From positions 372,001 through 436,000 of the forward strand of contig CP089281.1 in the NCBI GenBank assembly GCA_023920165.1: a DNA stretch of 64,000 bases, read 5' to 3'. Numbering within the stretch: position 1 is the stretch's first letter; each line of letters starts with the position of its first letter. Position numbers and translations under genes: made by a program. Below, piece by piece: positions 51,043 through 64,000 of the stretch. This DNA comes from Curvularia clavata (lineage: Eukaryota). The notes below the pieces were generated by a model. The model saw only the letters and a list, made by a program, of their open reading frames with translations. It had not been told where the DNA came from and searched no databases.

Positions 51043-52900
51043 CAATATCGTTAACATAAGCAATAGAGTTAATAATACTCTGATCTAGTTTGATAAAGCT
51101 AGATATACTATAATTAACAGTTTAAATATCGAAATATAATATATAAAATATATTATAAAATATTCTATGAGAGGCTCAAGCAGATTATTTATTTATAGTT
51201 CTAGATATTAAAGAGTTCTTTTGAATAATATTTTAGCTTAGTTCCTAGTCTAGCTTATATAGAAGGCGTACTCTATTATTTATTTTGATTATATATAATA
51301 TTCTTAATGTTTTTCAAATTTTAATATAATAATTAGCGTATAGTTATAGATTTGGAAGTATTAAAGACTAGTTATACTATTCATAGTAGTTCTATTTAGT
51401 TATCTTATAGCTTAGTTATATACATCTATAGATATTATCTTAAAGTTCAATTTATTCTTTATATTTAGCTGTCTGTTTTTAAATAGCAGCTACTTAAAAG
51501 TTTTTACTAAATACTTAATTTTACTAAAAATATAGTTTAGTATAGAATTATAAATAATTTATCTTTATCTTTACTAGATTTTTTATACTCTATTTTTGGC
51601 TAAAAGTACTTTAGTAACTTTACATACATATTTTTTTACAGTAATAATTTTTTCTATATATATATATTTTATAATGTTAATCAATTAATTAATAATTACT
51701 AGTATACTATTATAAGAACGTATAGATCTAGGTTTTAATAACTTCAGAAGTTTTATTATAAAATCTATTATTATACTACTCTATAGTCTAGTAAGTAGTA
51801 TTAGAAATTATAATAAACTATAGAGTTTGTATCTCTTAGACTTATTCTAGTAATATACTTGATAGTTATTTAGAATATTTTATATCTATACTTTGAAGTA
51901 TAGTATCATAAAAGTTTTAGCTAGTTGTCTAACTATTCTTTTAGTTTCTCTATATCTATATTCAGAAGACTTATATAGTTCTTAAATAAGATTTTTTTAA
52001 TACTTAGTAATATACACATTTATTTATTCTATATTATATTTTGATATTTCTACTTATTATCTAGTAGATTATAAAAGTTATCTTTATTAGAGTTAAACTA
52101 CTAGTTTAGTACTCTCTTTTATTATCATTACTGTAGTATTAAGACTCAATAGACAACTATCTGAATTTTTATCAAATTAGATTAGATATATCTTAGACCT
52201 TTATTAGCGATATAGTTGAAAATTATATTATATTGTTTCTTATATTCTTCTATCTTTAGACAAGAGTATTAGCTTAGATTATTAGCTACTCTATTCAATG
52301 ATTTTATATAATATATTATTTTAAAATTAAACTTAATAACTATTTATTTTGCTAAATTTATTATTAGTAAAGTTTTTTATTTATCATAAAGCTTATTAGA
52401 TTCTAGTAATTGACAAAGATTTTATTTATATCTAGAAGTTCTAATAAGTAGATTTTATATTATCTAAAAGTATCAACTATTCTAAATAGCTTTTTATTCA
52501 AAATATTTTATTTGAGTTCTATTCTAAAGAAATTTATTAAATAGTAGAATATTAGTCTCTATTTCTTTTTTAGATACTACTATAAAAACCTAATTTTTGA
52601 TATACAGTTAAATATATTAATTTTAACTTAAGTTTTTTATTTCAAATCATACATTTTAAATATAGATACTTTAAAGAATATCTACTTTAGTTTTTTTAAA
52701 GCTTTTTAGTAATCTTTAGTCTAGTAAAATGTTATTTCTTTCTTAGTGATTTTAGTAAGTAGTACTATAATTTAGAAAAAGTTTTTTAATGAATTTTTAG
52801 TAGAAACATATAAACTCTAGAAAAACCATGTATCTTTAATTAATTTAGAGATTAACTATTTCTATATAGTTTAGACTTTTGTTAGATTTATTGTAATACT
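51043..52900. mobile_element. Unclassified RIP-mutated sequence; continues at 61944 after removing copy C
   Basis: RIP composition; split by the copy C insertion (TSD ATACT). Confidence 0.5.
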
Positions 52901-53310
52901 CGTAACCATACATAGACTAAAATATACCCCAGCCAGGATAGCTTATTAAGATCCGATTGAGGGCCAGGTCAGATCTAATAAAGACCCGCCTCCAGATATA
53001 AGTACTAGCTACCTTATATAGATATTTAGTAGATTTTTAATATCTTTTTATACTAGGCCTATAAATATCTACTAAATTTGAAATATTTCTATTATCTTAC
53101 GCACTTCTATATATATTTAAATAATACTTCCTACTAGAACTAATTTAACTAGTCTTACTTGCGCTATTATATTATATTGAAAATTTTATTCTAGCTATTA
53201 ATAGCTTTTAAAATAATATTATAGCTTATTTATTAAGACTGCGTTTAAGCCTAAGTCTCTCTAGAACTATTTTAAATACTTTATACTATTACATTCTATA
53301 TTTATATATA

Positions 53311-55157
53311 ACGTGGTTCACAAGCGAGCGGCTCACCCAACCGAGCGGCTCACGCCCCACCAGCGCGCCGACGTCGACACGTTATTACGGTCTTTTATCA
53401 CAGTCAATAAACTATTACGATATACCAATTTAATTATCAGAATCGCCGCTATCACTTACACTATCTATCTCAACTGCACAGGTACGAGCGTTGTGTCCAG
53501 TCTGCTTGCAACGCCCGCACCGCCTCTCTCCTCGCACCCTCTTCGACGCACTCTCACCGTCGCCACGACTGCTACCCGCCTGTTTAGCTAACACTTCTTG
53601 TACTTCGCCTACAGTAAGAGTCTCTTCTGTCCATACGTATCGCCGCTTGCGGCTCTTACGCTTATTTGACTCGTCAAGAGCCGCTTGAAGAGTAGTAATT
53701 TTCTCTATCAGAAGCACCATCTTATGTGCCATTTGCTGAGCCCCTTTACTCAACTGCGCGATCTGCTCGGTAAGTGAATTGGCAGAAGACCCACAGCGAT
53801 TTCTCACGCTCTGTTGAATAAGACCAATTTGAGCCTCAACCTCGCGCGCGTTGCGTGGTGTCTGCGCCTCCCAGGCGGCTGCCCGTCGCGGTGATTAATG
53901 TGGTGTCTGCACCACCACATCAAGCTTTGATAGCACAGCCTGTGGGTCGTGTAGGACTAGACCAGCACCTCTAAAGCCAGCTTGAATATTCTCCTTCGTG
54001 ATAGACTACTCAAAAGCCGCCTTAAAGGCTAGCAGGAAAGTCTCCTTGCTAATATAGTTAGTACGGTTGCGTGCCAAGCCTGAAACAGCGTCGCCATACT
54101 TGCGCTTCAACGGCGAGAAGCAGGCGACGTCAAGAGGCTGCAATAGGTAAGACGAGTGCGCAGACATACAGAGAAGAACAATATTCTTCTCCTTATAAAG
54201 ATCTTAAAATTCGACGGAGCAGTGGCTCTCATAGCTGTCGATAATCAGCAGTCGATACCCACCTACAGTATGCCTCTTTATATAGATATCAAAGTACTCT
54301 AGCTAGACAATACTAAGCTAATTATTCGTCTAGCTATTAGGACTAACTTCAAGAACCTAGTCGGCAGGCAAATTTTCAAACTAGACGTTAATAAGCACCT
54401 TGCCCGCAAAGACAACAAAGAGTGGTATCCAGCAACCCAACACGCCCACGCCTTAGATCGTAGTAACCCACTTACAGTTGCCTAGCTATACCCGCTTCTT
54501 TTTGCCATATTCTTCTAAGCCTATAATAACTAACTATAATAAAATCTTGCCTATTATAAAGCTAGTCTCGTCAAAGTTGTAGATATCGTCGTCTATAATA
54601 CCCTACTTCTGCTTCATCGCCTAGACTAAGTCAAACTAGCGTTAGATAGCTACTAGATCCTCGCAGGCGGCTCGCTAGTAATCATAGGGACGGCTCCAGC
54701 GCGTACAGATTTTAGGAGTTCGCTTAACAAAGTTATCAACCCAGTTCTTGCCAGTAAGATTGCTCTCCCGCTCATACAATAGTTTATCAGCCATTGCTCG
54801 AACGTTAGCCTTTGTAGGCGCAAATCCTCGCGCAGACTCTTCAAGAATACGCTCAACTATAGCCTCCTCTTCTAGCTTATTTAGGCGCTTTAAATTCGGT
54901 TTGCAGTCGCGTCAAGAGCGTCTTCCAGCGCGTTGGTAAGACAAAGTTCTTTAAGGCACATTATAGATAGAGGCAGCACGTCTTTAGCTTTAAACACGTT
55001 ACGATTAGATATTAAAAAGAGCAAATTAAAGATCTAATTCAGGATAAGTTGATTAATTATCGCGTTGCTGAGACATAACGCGTTGTAGTGTCGACGTCGG
55101 CGCGCTGGTGGGGCGTGAGCCGCTCGCTTGGGTGAGCGGCTCGCTTGTGAACCACGT
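53311..55157 (-). mobile_element. pogo/Fot1-type DNA transposon (1847 bp), moderately RIP-mutated
   Basis: About 70-bp TIRs ACGTGGTTCACAAGCGAG...; TA TSD; transposase about 55076-53430 with NFDET, LQPLDV relics and C-terminal CGRCKQTGHNARTC. Confidence 0.93.
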
Positions 55158-58100
55158 TAGATAGAATCCTTTTATTCTCCTACTAATTAAAGCTTTTAGA
55201 TTTAGACCTTCTATACTAATTATAATTAGATTAATTTTAGAGAAGTCGCGTAGATTACGCTAGAGTAGAGACTTAAAAATTACTAAAAATCTATTAGCTA
55301 TAAAAATAACTATTAATAGCTAACTAAACTTAATCTAGTTTAGAAAAGCTTTCTAGAAAGTCGCCGCGCTTCTAAGATTTAAAATTAAAAGAGAAGATGT
55401 CTAGTAAACTACTAGCTATTAAAAAAGAAGAGAATTTAGAAGAGGATAAGACTAGCCTCTTTTAGATAGAAATTAATAGACTAAATTAATAAATTATATA
55501 GCTATTCTGCTAAAATACTATAGTCTTAGATTAATCTCTTCTCTCTACTAAATTACTACTAACTATTATTAAACTAACTAAAACTCAATTTAGAAAGTAT
55601 TAGTTAATAATTTTAGATTTACTATATATTAAAATTATAGAATATATCTTTTCTATTAATAATTTTAGTAATAGAATAGAATCTATATTCTACTAATAGT
55701 AAGTGTTAATAGAGAACTACTTAATAATTAATATAGACTATTATTAGAGTAAATGTGTATATATAGCTTTAGTCTAGAGATATACTATAGATATTGCTAA
55801 AAGATATCTAGAACTATAGTATCTAGCTAATTTAGTAGAGGACTAGTTCTAAAATACTAAAAATATAATAGTTACTTTAAAATTATACTTTATATCTAGT
55901 AATAAGTAAGTAGAAAGCTATTCTACTTTCTACTATTTGCTTATAGATAAAAAGAAAACTTTTACTAAATTTAAGATAAAATTTATAGATGCTACTATTA
56001 AAAGATTTATATTAAAGTTAGAGTAGTTTTTCTATATATAGGAAAAAATTACTTCTATTTTAAATATTCTAAACTTAGAATTTAAATACTAGTAGAATAA
56101 CTTCTTTAATAAGATAATATAATGTTTTACTATTTTTAATACTAAAAGAAAGAATAGTTTTTTTAGATATAGTTTATAACCTATTTTTAATAATTATTAT
56201 ACTTTACTAATAAAGCCCTACGTTAGTTAATACTAGAACTACTATTTAAATACTTATAAAATTTAATCTAAACTAGTTCTAATCTAATTTTATATCTATT
56301 CTAATACCTCTAGGTTTTTTTTAAAGATCTCTATACTAGATAGTGAACTAACTACTAGTAATTACTATAACTATAGAAAATCTAGATATTATATAAATAA
56401 ATGCTCTATTTCTTAGATTTAAGAAATTAAAATAGAGAAGAAAGAATTTAAAAAGGTATACAAATATTTATTAGAAGAGGACTAGATAGAAAACTATTAG
56501 ATTCAGAAAAACTCTCTACTTTAGATATAAATAAGTTTAATCTAGCTAAAATTAATCTATTTTACTTATTTAGAGGAAAATACTTTCTAGTCTCTACTAT
56601 TTTTTATTTAAAAGGCTTCAGCGTTAGCTTATATTTTTTAGTTAATACTAAAGTTTAAGATTTTTTATTTTTAAATTCTACTTTTACTTATACTCTTTTT
56701 AGCTCTCTTTAGATTTCTATCTAAAGACTTTCTTTTAAAATTATAGTTAAAGGATTTAAGAACTAAGTCTAAACTAGAGTAGATAAATATATTTAGTTAT
56801 ATATCTAAATTAATAGAAGAAAAATTTATAACTATTTCTTTATAATTATAGATTTAGGGATATAAGACTATATAATTAGAATTAAGTAGTTAAGACGTTT
56901 CTAACTTAGGGTTAATATAAGCTAGAACTAAGTTATACAGCTAATTAAGTATCTTCTAATATATAATTTTGCGCTCTCTAATCTTATATAGTTAAAACAA
57001 TTTTCTATTAATACTAATATAGAATAGGATATATAGGGATAAGACGTACTATAGGAAAAGGATAACTATAAGAAATAAAATAGTTCTTATAAAACTCTTA
57101 TACGAAGAATTAGAGGATATCTTAAACTTTCTAAAATTTGTCTACTACTGTCTATTTCTAACTTTACTCTAGACTTTATCTAACTAATATTTTCACTCTA
57201 TATTACTATTATTTTAAAAATACTTTCTATTATCCTATAAAGCGTAAGGAAAATAAGTTTTTTATAATAAGTATCTATAAGATTAATTATATTTTAGAAG
57301 AGTATATAAAGCTAGACGATTTTGAAAATGCTAAATTTATTTAGAACTGATTTCTATCTTCTTACTATTTGTACTATAATATTTTTAGTAAGATAGTAGT
57401 AGAGCTACTATCTGAATATTGTCTATATAATTATAAAATTATGCTAACTAAATCTCTTTTAAATTAATTTAGTTCTCTATATAAGTAGAGTACTAAAGAA
57501 CTTAAAGCTATCAAAATATTTGTAATAGAAAATCTAAGGAAAGAATATATTGATCTAAGCTACTATCTCTTTATCTTTTTAGTCTTTTATATTTAGAAGC
57601 TAAATAGAGATATTTATATCTATATAGAATACTACTAATCTAATATAATTACTAGAAAAAATACGTATTTAATACTATATATTAATAAGCTTCTAGTCTA
57701 TATCTATAAAGTAAAATTTTTTACTAAGCTTAATATACGTATAGTATTTAATAAAATCTAAATATACCCTAACTTAGAGGAGTATACTATATTCTATACA
57801 AGATATAGAATCTATAAGTCTAAAGTATTATCTTTTAGATTATATAATAGCTCTATAATATATTAATGCTATATAAATAATATATTAATTATTTATTTAG
57901 ATAGCTTCTATATAGTCTATTTAGATGATATTTTAATCTACTCTAAATTAGAACTAGACTATCTCTACTACGTATAATAGGTTTTAGAAAGACTTAGGTA
58001 ACCTAGTCTCTAAGTTAATATTAAGAAAAGCGAATTCTATATTATTTAGACTAAATACCTAGAGTATATTTTAATTAACTAAGGTTTTGAGATAGACTCT

Positions 58101-60609
58101 GATAAAATAGAAGCTTTTTAAGACTAGATCTAATCTACTATTATGACTAGTATAAAATTATTTCTAAGGTTTACTAGATTCTATAGATAGTTTGTTTCTA
58201 AATACTTGCGAATTGTAAAATCTCTTCTTATCTTCTAGAGTCTTTTAAAACTATTTATATAGAATTTAGAGTATAACTAAATCTTTAAAAGATTAAAATC
58301 TCTACTATTAGTAATTTTTATTTTATACTACTACTATCTAGAGTATAATACTAAGATAGAGACTAATATGTCTAATGGCGTTATAGTAGGCGTTCTTTCT
58401 TAAAAGTAGCTAAATAGAAATTAGTATTCTATAATATTCTTTAGTAAGGTTCTATCTAGGTCTAAGCTAAACTAGAAAATATATAATAAGAAACTATTTA
58501 CTATTATTATAGCGTTTAGTAAATAGTGACTAGAGCTACTATTAATACGCTCTTATATTAATATATACTTAGACTACTATTTTTTTAAATATTTTATAAC
58601 TACTAAAGTTCTAAATATCTACTAAGTATGATAAGTAGAAGAATTAGTATTTTTTAATTTTTATATCTAATATATCTCTAGAAAGAATAATACTTATACT
58701 AATATTCTCTTCTAATAAGAGTAAGATATAGAGAATCTAAAAATAGTCTAAATTAATAACTATTCGCGGGTTTTTTTAGGACTATACTAACTTAATAACT
58801 AAATTAACTCTAAACTTACTAAGATCTATATAGTCTAACTCTAAGTAGAATCTTTCTTTTTACTTATAGTTAAGTCTATATTAGAGCTAATATCTTTTAA
58901 TTTGCTGGAGCTAATTAAGTCTATTCTATAAAAGAACTAAGTCTTATTTAGGGTAGAGTATAAGTCTTTTCTAGATAGATACTGGATTAAAAATAGATTT
59001 CTACTCTATTCTAACTATCTATATATTTCTTCTATTTCTATTTTTATAACTCGCTTTATTTAGGAAGTATATAATTAGATATTTTTAGTGTACTTTAGTA
59101 TAAAGAAGATCTACTAACTACTATTCTAGAGGTACTACTAGAAGGGTATAGAATCTATCTATAAAAGGTATATATAGAATTATATAGCCTATAGGAAGAT
59201 CTATTCTAAATAGATCTAAATTCTAGAGATAATTTATCTTTTACTAATTTCTAACTAGCTAATATAGTATTTATATATTAACTTTAAAGAATTTCTCTAA
59301 GACTAATCTAGTTATAACATAATTATAGTTGTGATTGACTAGTTATCTAAATAGACTATCTCTATCCCCTACTATAAGACTATCAATATAAAAGAAATAG
59401 CTAATCTATTTATATAATAGATATACTCATTTAGCTATATATCTAAAACTATAGTTTTTAACTAAAAACTATAGTTTATTTTAAGCTTCTAGTTAGAATT
59501 CTGCTAAATTCTAGACGTTAAGGTTAAGCTATTGATTGCCTACTATAAAGAAATAGATAGTTAGATAGAGATTATAAATAAGTATATTGATTAGAGATTA
59601 TATCAATTTATATTCTACTACTAAAATAACTAGAGTAGATTTCTATCTTTAATTAATTATACTTAAATTTTTTTACTATATTCTTCTATTAGTATATCTC
59701 TATACTACGTCCTATATAGTTCCAAACTCTAGTAAAGTTAGAACTAGAAATATTCTACTAGTCTTTCTATCTCTACTAATAAACTTAACTATAAGAATAT
59801 ATTAGAAATAGCTATCTATATACATAATATATAGAAAATAGCTAAAACTAAATAGAAAAAGTCTAGAATAGGATATAAACTATAGTTAACCACTATTATT
59901 ATTCTATTAACTAGAATATAGAAGATAAAGTCTTTCTAAGTATCTAAAATCTTATATTAGACTATCTAAATAGAAAGCTATCTTCTAAATAGAAAGGACC
60001 CTTTAAAATACTTAAGAAAATAGAATATTTATACTATTTAAACCTTCTAAAAAGATTTTAGATCTATAATATCTTTACTCTAGATTTATTATATAAAGAT
60101 TTTTAAAACCCCTTTCTAAAATAAGAATCTCTAAAGTCTCTAGCTACTTCTATCTAAGATATAGAAAAATAGAAAGTAGAAGAAATTCTAGTAAGTAAGT
60201 TATACTACTCAAACCTAAAATACTAAGTATAGTAGATTAGATATAATCTAGATTCTATTTAGTATTTAGTCTTAAACTTTATAAAAACTCTATATAAGCT
60301 TAAGCTCTTCTATAAATAATATTCTACTAAACTAGAATTTCTATATTCTATTAGTAAGTAGATTATAATATAAAAATAAAATATAGAGAATATAATTTTA
60401 CTATAAAATAATAAAATTTAAAAAAAAAAAATAGAAACTTTATTGAATATTAGTAATAAAGAAAATTTAGACCTAAACCCTATAACTACTAGTAAATCTC
60501 CTAAATATTATCTTACTTAAAGCTCAATATTAGAGCGCTCTAGCTTAGTATTAGCCATCTTCTAGTCAACTACACTCTTATCCTCCTCTAAAAAGGAGGA
60601 TAAACTAGA

Positions 60610-61183
60610 CTATTCCTTTAACTTCTTAACCTAAGGACTAACCTAGATACTACTCTAAACTAATCTTACCTTAAAATATAAAAGACGCCTTACTATATAT
60701 TAACTATATTAACTAAATCTAGGATACTATTTTAAATATCTCTTAAGACCTAGTTCTAGATAATAAGAAACTAATTAACTAAAAGCTTTTTCTTCTAAGA
60801 CTTAACAACTTAGACTTTATAGATAATATCTAAAGCAGTAATAGTAATTTAATTAAGTAATATCTCTATATTAGTATTAGTCTTAAAGCTATACTAAGCA
60901 ATAGTATATAGCTTAATAGTATTAACTAAATTATAAAACTCTTTCAAAATATACTTAAAAATCTATCTAGATTAGCCAAGCTATAAATAGTAAAAAAAAA
61001 GAAAAGCGAACTTATAGAATTATACTTCTTTTTCTGATAGATATAATAAAGATACTTCTTAAAGAAATTAGATAGATAAACGTAAGCAATATTAAACTAA
61101 TAGCGTACTAAAGTATAGATAGCTTATAGATAGATAAAGCGATATATATCTAGTAGCGCACTAGATAGATAATAAAGAGATAT
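60610..61183 (-). pseudogene. Antisense accessory ORF relic in chromovirus copy C
   Basis: Homologous to 33423-33997 with complementary RIP changes. Confidence 0.55.
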
Positions 61184-61943
61184 AGTAAAGATAAGTACAT
61201 TAAATTATAACTAACTTATTTTAATTAAGAAGTATAGAAGAGAAGACTTAATAGCAATATTATATTATTATTAATATACCTACTAGAAAAGTAAATAGTC
61301 TTAGCATATATAATTTAGATAGCTATTAGACCCTAACTATAAACGAATCGCCGGCGATTTAAAGCTCTAATTAAAGCATCCAGGTCTATCTAGCAGGTAA
61401 AAGCAAATAGTCTAGCAGCTAGATAGTAAAATAGCAGCGCTACGTAAGTACTAAAGTAGCTACTAAGACTTAGGTATAAAGACTTAAGTAAAAGATACAT
61501 ATAGCTATAAGAGCTATACTAGAACTAAAATATCTTATTAGCTAGAGTGGCGTAGTATAGAGAAAATCTAGAAAAATTAGAAACGAGAGATCTAATAGTA
61601 TAGGGAAGAAAAATAACTACTAAAACTAATAGCTAAAAGATTAGCTATCTATTAGGAGAGGAGGTAATATAACTATATATAAACTAAAATATACTCTAGC
61701 TAGAATAGCTTATCAAGATCTAATTAAGGGCTAGATTAGATCTAATAAAGACCTACCTCTAAATATAAGTACTAGCTACTTTCTATAGATATTTAGTAGA
61801 TTTTTGATATTCTTTGATACTAGGCCTATAAGTATCTACCAAATCCAAGATATTTCTATTATCCCACGCACTTCCATATACATTTGAGTGACACTTCCCA
61901 CCAGAACCGATTCGATTAGTCTTGCTCGCGCCGTTACAATACT

Positions 61944-64000
61944 ATCTATTAAGATAATAAAGCTTAGAAACTTAGTTTTCTATATTCAAAATTCATATTT
62001 CTTGAATCTAAAAGTTGAGTTTATATTTTTAAAGCTTTCATTAATTTTTCAACATCTCTAATATAGTTTTTAAATAGTTTTTTTAGAATGTCCTAGTATA
62101 TTATCTGGTTATACTATTTTAAATATTCTAATGTATTTATAAACAGTATGATTAATAGCTAATTAAAAGATTACTAGTATATTTATAAGTCTAAATAGTA
62201 TAACTATATATTTATATATTTTATATTCTATTTTAAATATCATTTTCTATTTATTACTTTTTTTAATGTAGATTTAGTAAAATCCTTTTTTGAAAATTAA
62301 CCTTTATAAACTATTTAGTTTTTTACAGTTAATCTATAAGTTCTATCATAGATAGTAATAAATATCTATTCTACTAAATAACTATATTAAATCTTCTATA
62401 ACTAATATATAGCTACTATTCATTTTTAGCTTTTTTTATCAATAGTATTAGTAAGACTATTAGTTTATAGTCTAGTTATACAGATTCTTTTATCAGATTT
62501 TTAAGAAACTTTTTTAAATTTAGCGTTAAATTTAAATAATATTAATTATATTTTTTCTAAAATTAGTTTAATACGCTCTTCTAATATGATTTTTTAATTC
62601 TATTTCTAGTATTTAGCTAGATCTATAACTTTATTTTTTTATAGAGTCATTTAAACTTACTTATCTAATACTCTTTGAATATCTTCAATAGTAAAAGTTT
62701 ACCTTTCTTAAATATAATTTTTCTTATCTATATAACTTTTACTTACTAAAAACTTTTTATATAGATTTTCGCGATTTATATAGTAAGATTTTACTCAATC
62801 TCTTCTTCTAAGATCAGCTTAGATTTATTAGGTACATCTTGTATTATACTCTAGTAACTTGATATATAAATTTATAACTAGATATATTTTTTTTTTACTA
62901 ATTAATAGTAGTGTCATAAATATTCATCTAATTATACTCTATTAGTATATAAGTATCTTTTACATGTATAATACTAATATTGATATAGCTTTCTATAACT
63001 ATTATGTTAAGTAGTACCAGTTCAATTTTAAATATAATTATACTATTTCTATAAACTATAAATCTAGTTTTAGCTATTACTATTTATAATAGAATTTATT
63101 CATTCTAGTATAATATCTTATATTATTTATTAGCTTATAGTAAAATTACTATTCATACACCTCTACTATCTATAGATATTATTATATTATAACTTTACAC
63201 TGATATAATTATTTTTAATTTTATTTATTAATATTTAATGTCTTATACTTTGCTAAAAGTCATTTCAAAACTACTTTTACTAGCGTAATCTAGTCTTTAG
63301 TAGTATTCTAGTTTTTCTACTTAGCTTTAAGCTTCTTTTTTTTTCTAAAAAAAGTAACTATCACTTTAGTATATATTTAAACAAGTTTTATAATTATTAT
63401 CTATATAAAAGACTAAGTATATATTTAATTCTAGATTCATTCTACTTAGCAGTTTTAGTAAATTAATTTTCTTTATTCTATATATTATATATTTGATTTT
63501 GAAGCATTTATTTATGATTTATTTCTATTTTTATTTCTCATAACTGGCTCGTCTATAGCGATTGGCCAACATTAAAAAGAAGTCTTAAAATAAAGGTAGA
63601 CCACCCCTCAGCCTACTAAAATTTAAAAGTTTCAAAAAGGACTATATCTAAAAAGAAATTCGAACGCGAGGCCTTAAGTTTCTATACTTTTGGCTTTAGT
63701 ACTTTTAGCTTTATATATTAAATCTAAAATATAGAATAGATCTAAATTAGAATAATAATAATAACTCTAATAGATAGAAGTCTATTAGGCGGCTAATAAT
63801 AGATAGAGAAAATTCTAAAGTTATCGAACTATAGTTATAATAAGAATATATAGTATTAGAGTAGTGTATACTACCTATAAATATCTACTCTTCTACTTTT
63901 ATAAATTTAATCTCTAGTTTAACAAAATCTATTAATAGCATCGCATATTTAGCTTATTCTATCTTTTTTTTTTTAGTTTTCTTTAAATTTAGATTAACTA
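61944..64000. mobile_element. Unclassified RIP-mutated repeat
   Basis: RIP composition; 63505-63710 is a direct repeat of 41750-41960. Confidence 0.5.

Larger units (their letters stand above)
52901..61938 (+). mobile_element. Full-length chromovirus copy C with nested pogo/Fot1 element, RIP-inactivated
   Basis: LTRs 52901-53171 and 61668-61938; TSD ATACT; PPT aggagaggaggtaa; CCHC relic about 56360; YLDDIL at 57918; KGPFKI about 59993; chromodomain relic (K)VEEIL about 60170. Confidence 0.93.
32600..64000. other. AT-rich isochore of RIP-mutated nested transposons
   Basis: Abrupt GC drop, visible TpA excess and CpA/TpG loss, copies differing by C>T and G>A, no intact long ORFs. Confidence 0.95.

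Noticed and set aside
26580..64000. Starship or Helitron call for the accessory region
   Set aside because: No tyrosine recombinase captain, Rep/helicase motif or boundary recognised in this window.
1..64000. CRISPR arrays, rRNA, telomeric repeats
   Set aside because: None seen; eukaryotic DNA whose repeats are TE-derived or microsatellites.

Overview
Fungal (filamentous ascomycete, probably Dothideomycete/Pleosporales; inferred) genomic DNA crossing a GC/AT isochore boundary. 1-26 kb is an ordinary gene-dense block: MSH6 3' part, a small Myb-like protein, GAB1/PIG-U, NOP7, an F-box-like protein, a ZIP transporter, FPGS/MET7, a small secreted Cys-rich protein, ER FKBP, a hypothetical nuclear protein, a PMC1-type Ca-ATPase and a GFA protein. 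26-32.6 kb is a transition zone with a TPR relic, a near-pristine solo LTR and a divergent pair of genes (unknown protein plus FHA-kinase). 32.6-64 kb is an AT-rich, RIP-mutated TE nest: three copies of one Ty3/gypsy chromovirus, a nested pogo/Fot1 element, two nested Tc1 (DD34E) elements and unclassified relics. Most notable: (1) the Tc1 elements have ~325-bp TIRs, two introns, a RIP-like composition that still encodes a readable transposase, and an apparent 5-bp NNNTA target duplication instead of TA; (2) the chromovirus appears to carry an antisense, intron-containing accessory gene for a Cys-rich/coiled-coil protein, visible only after reversing RIP. All alignments and translations were done by eye; no searches were run.
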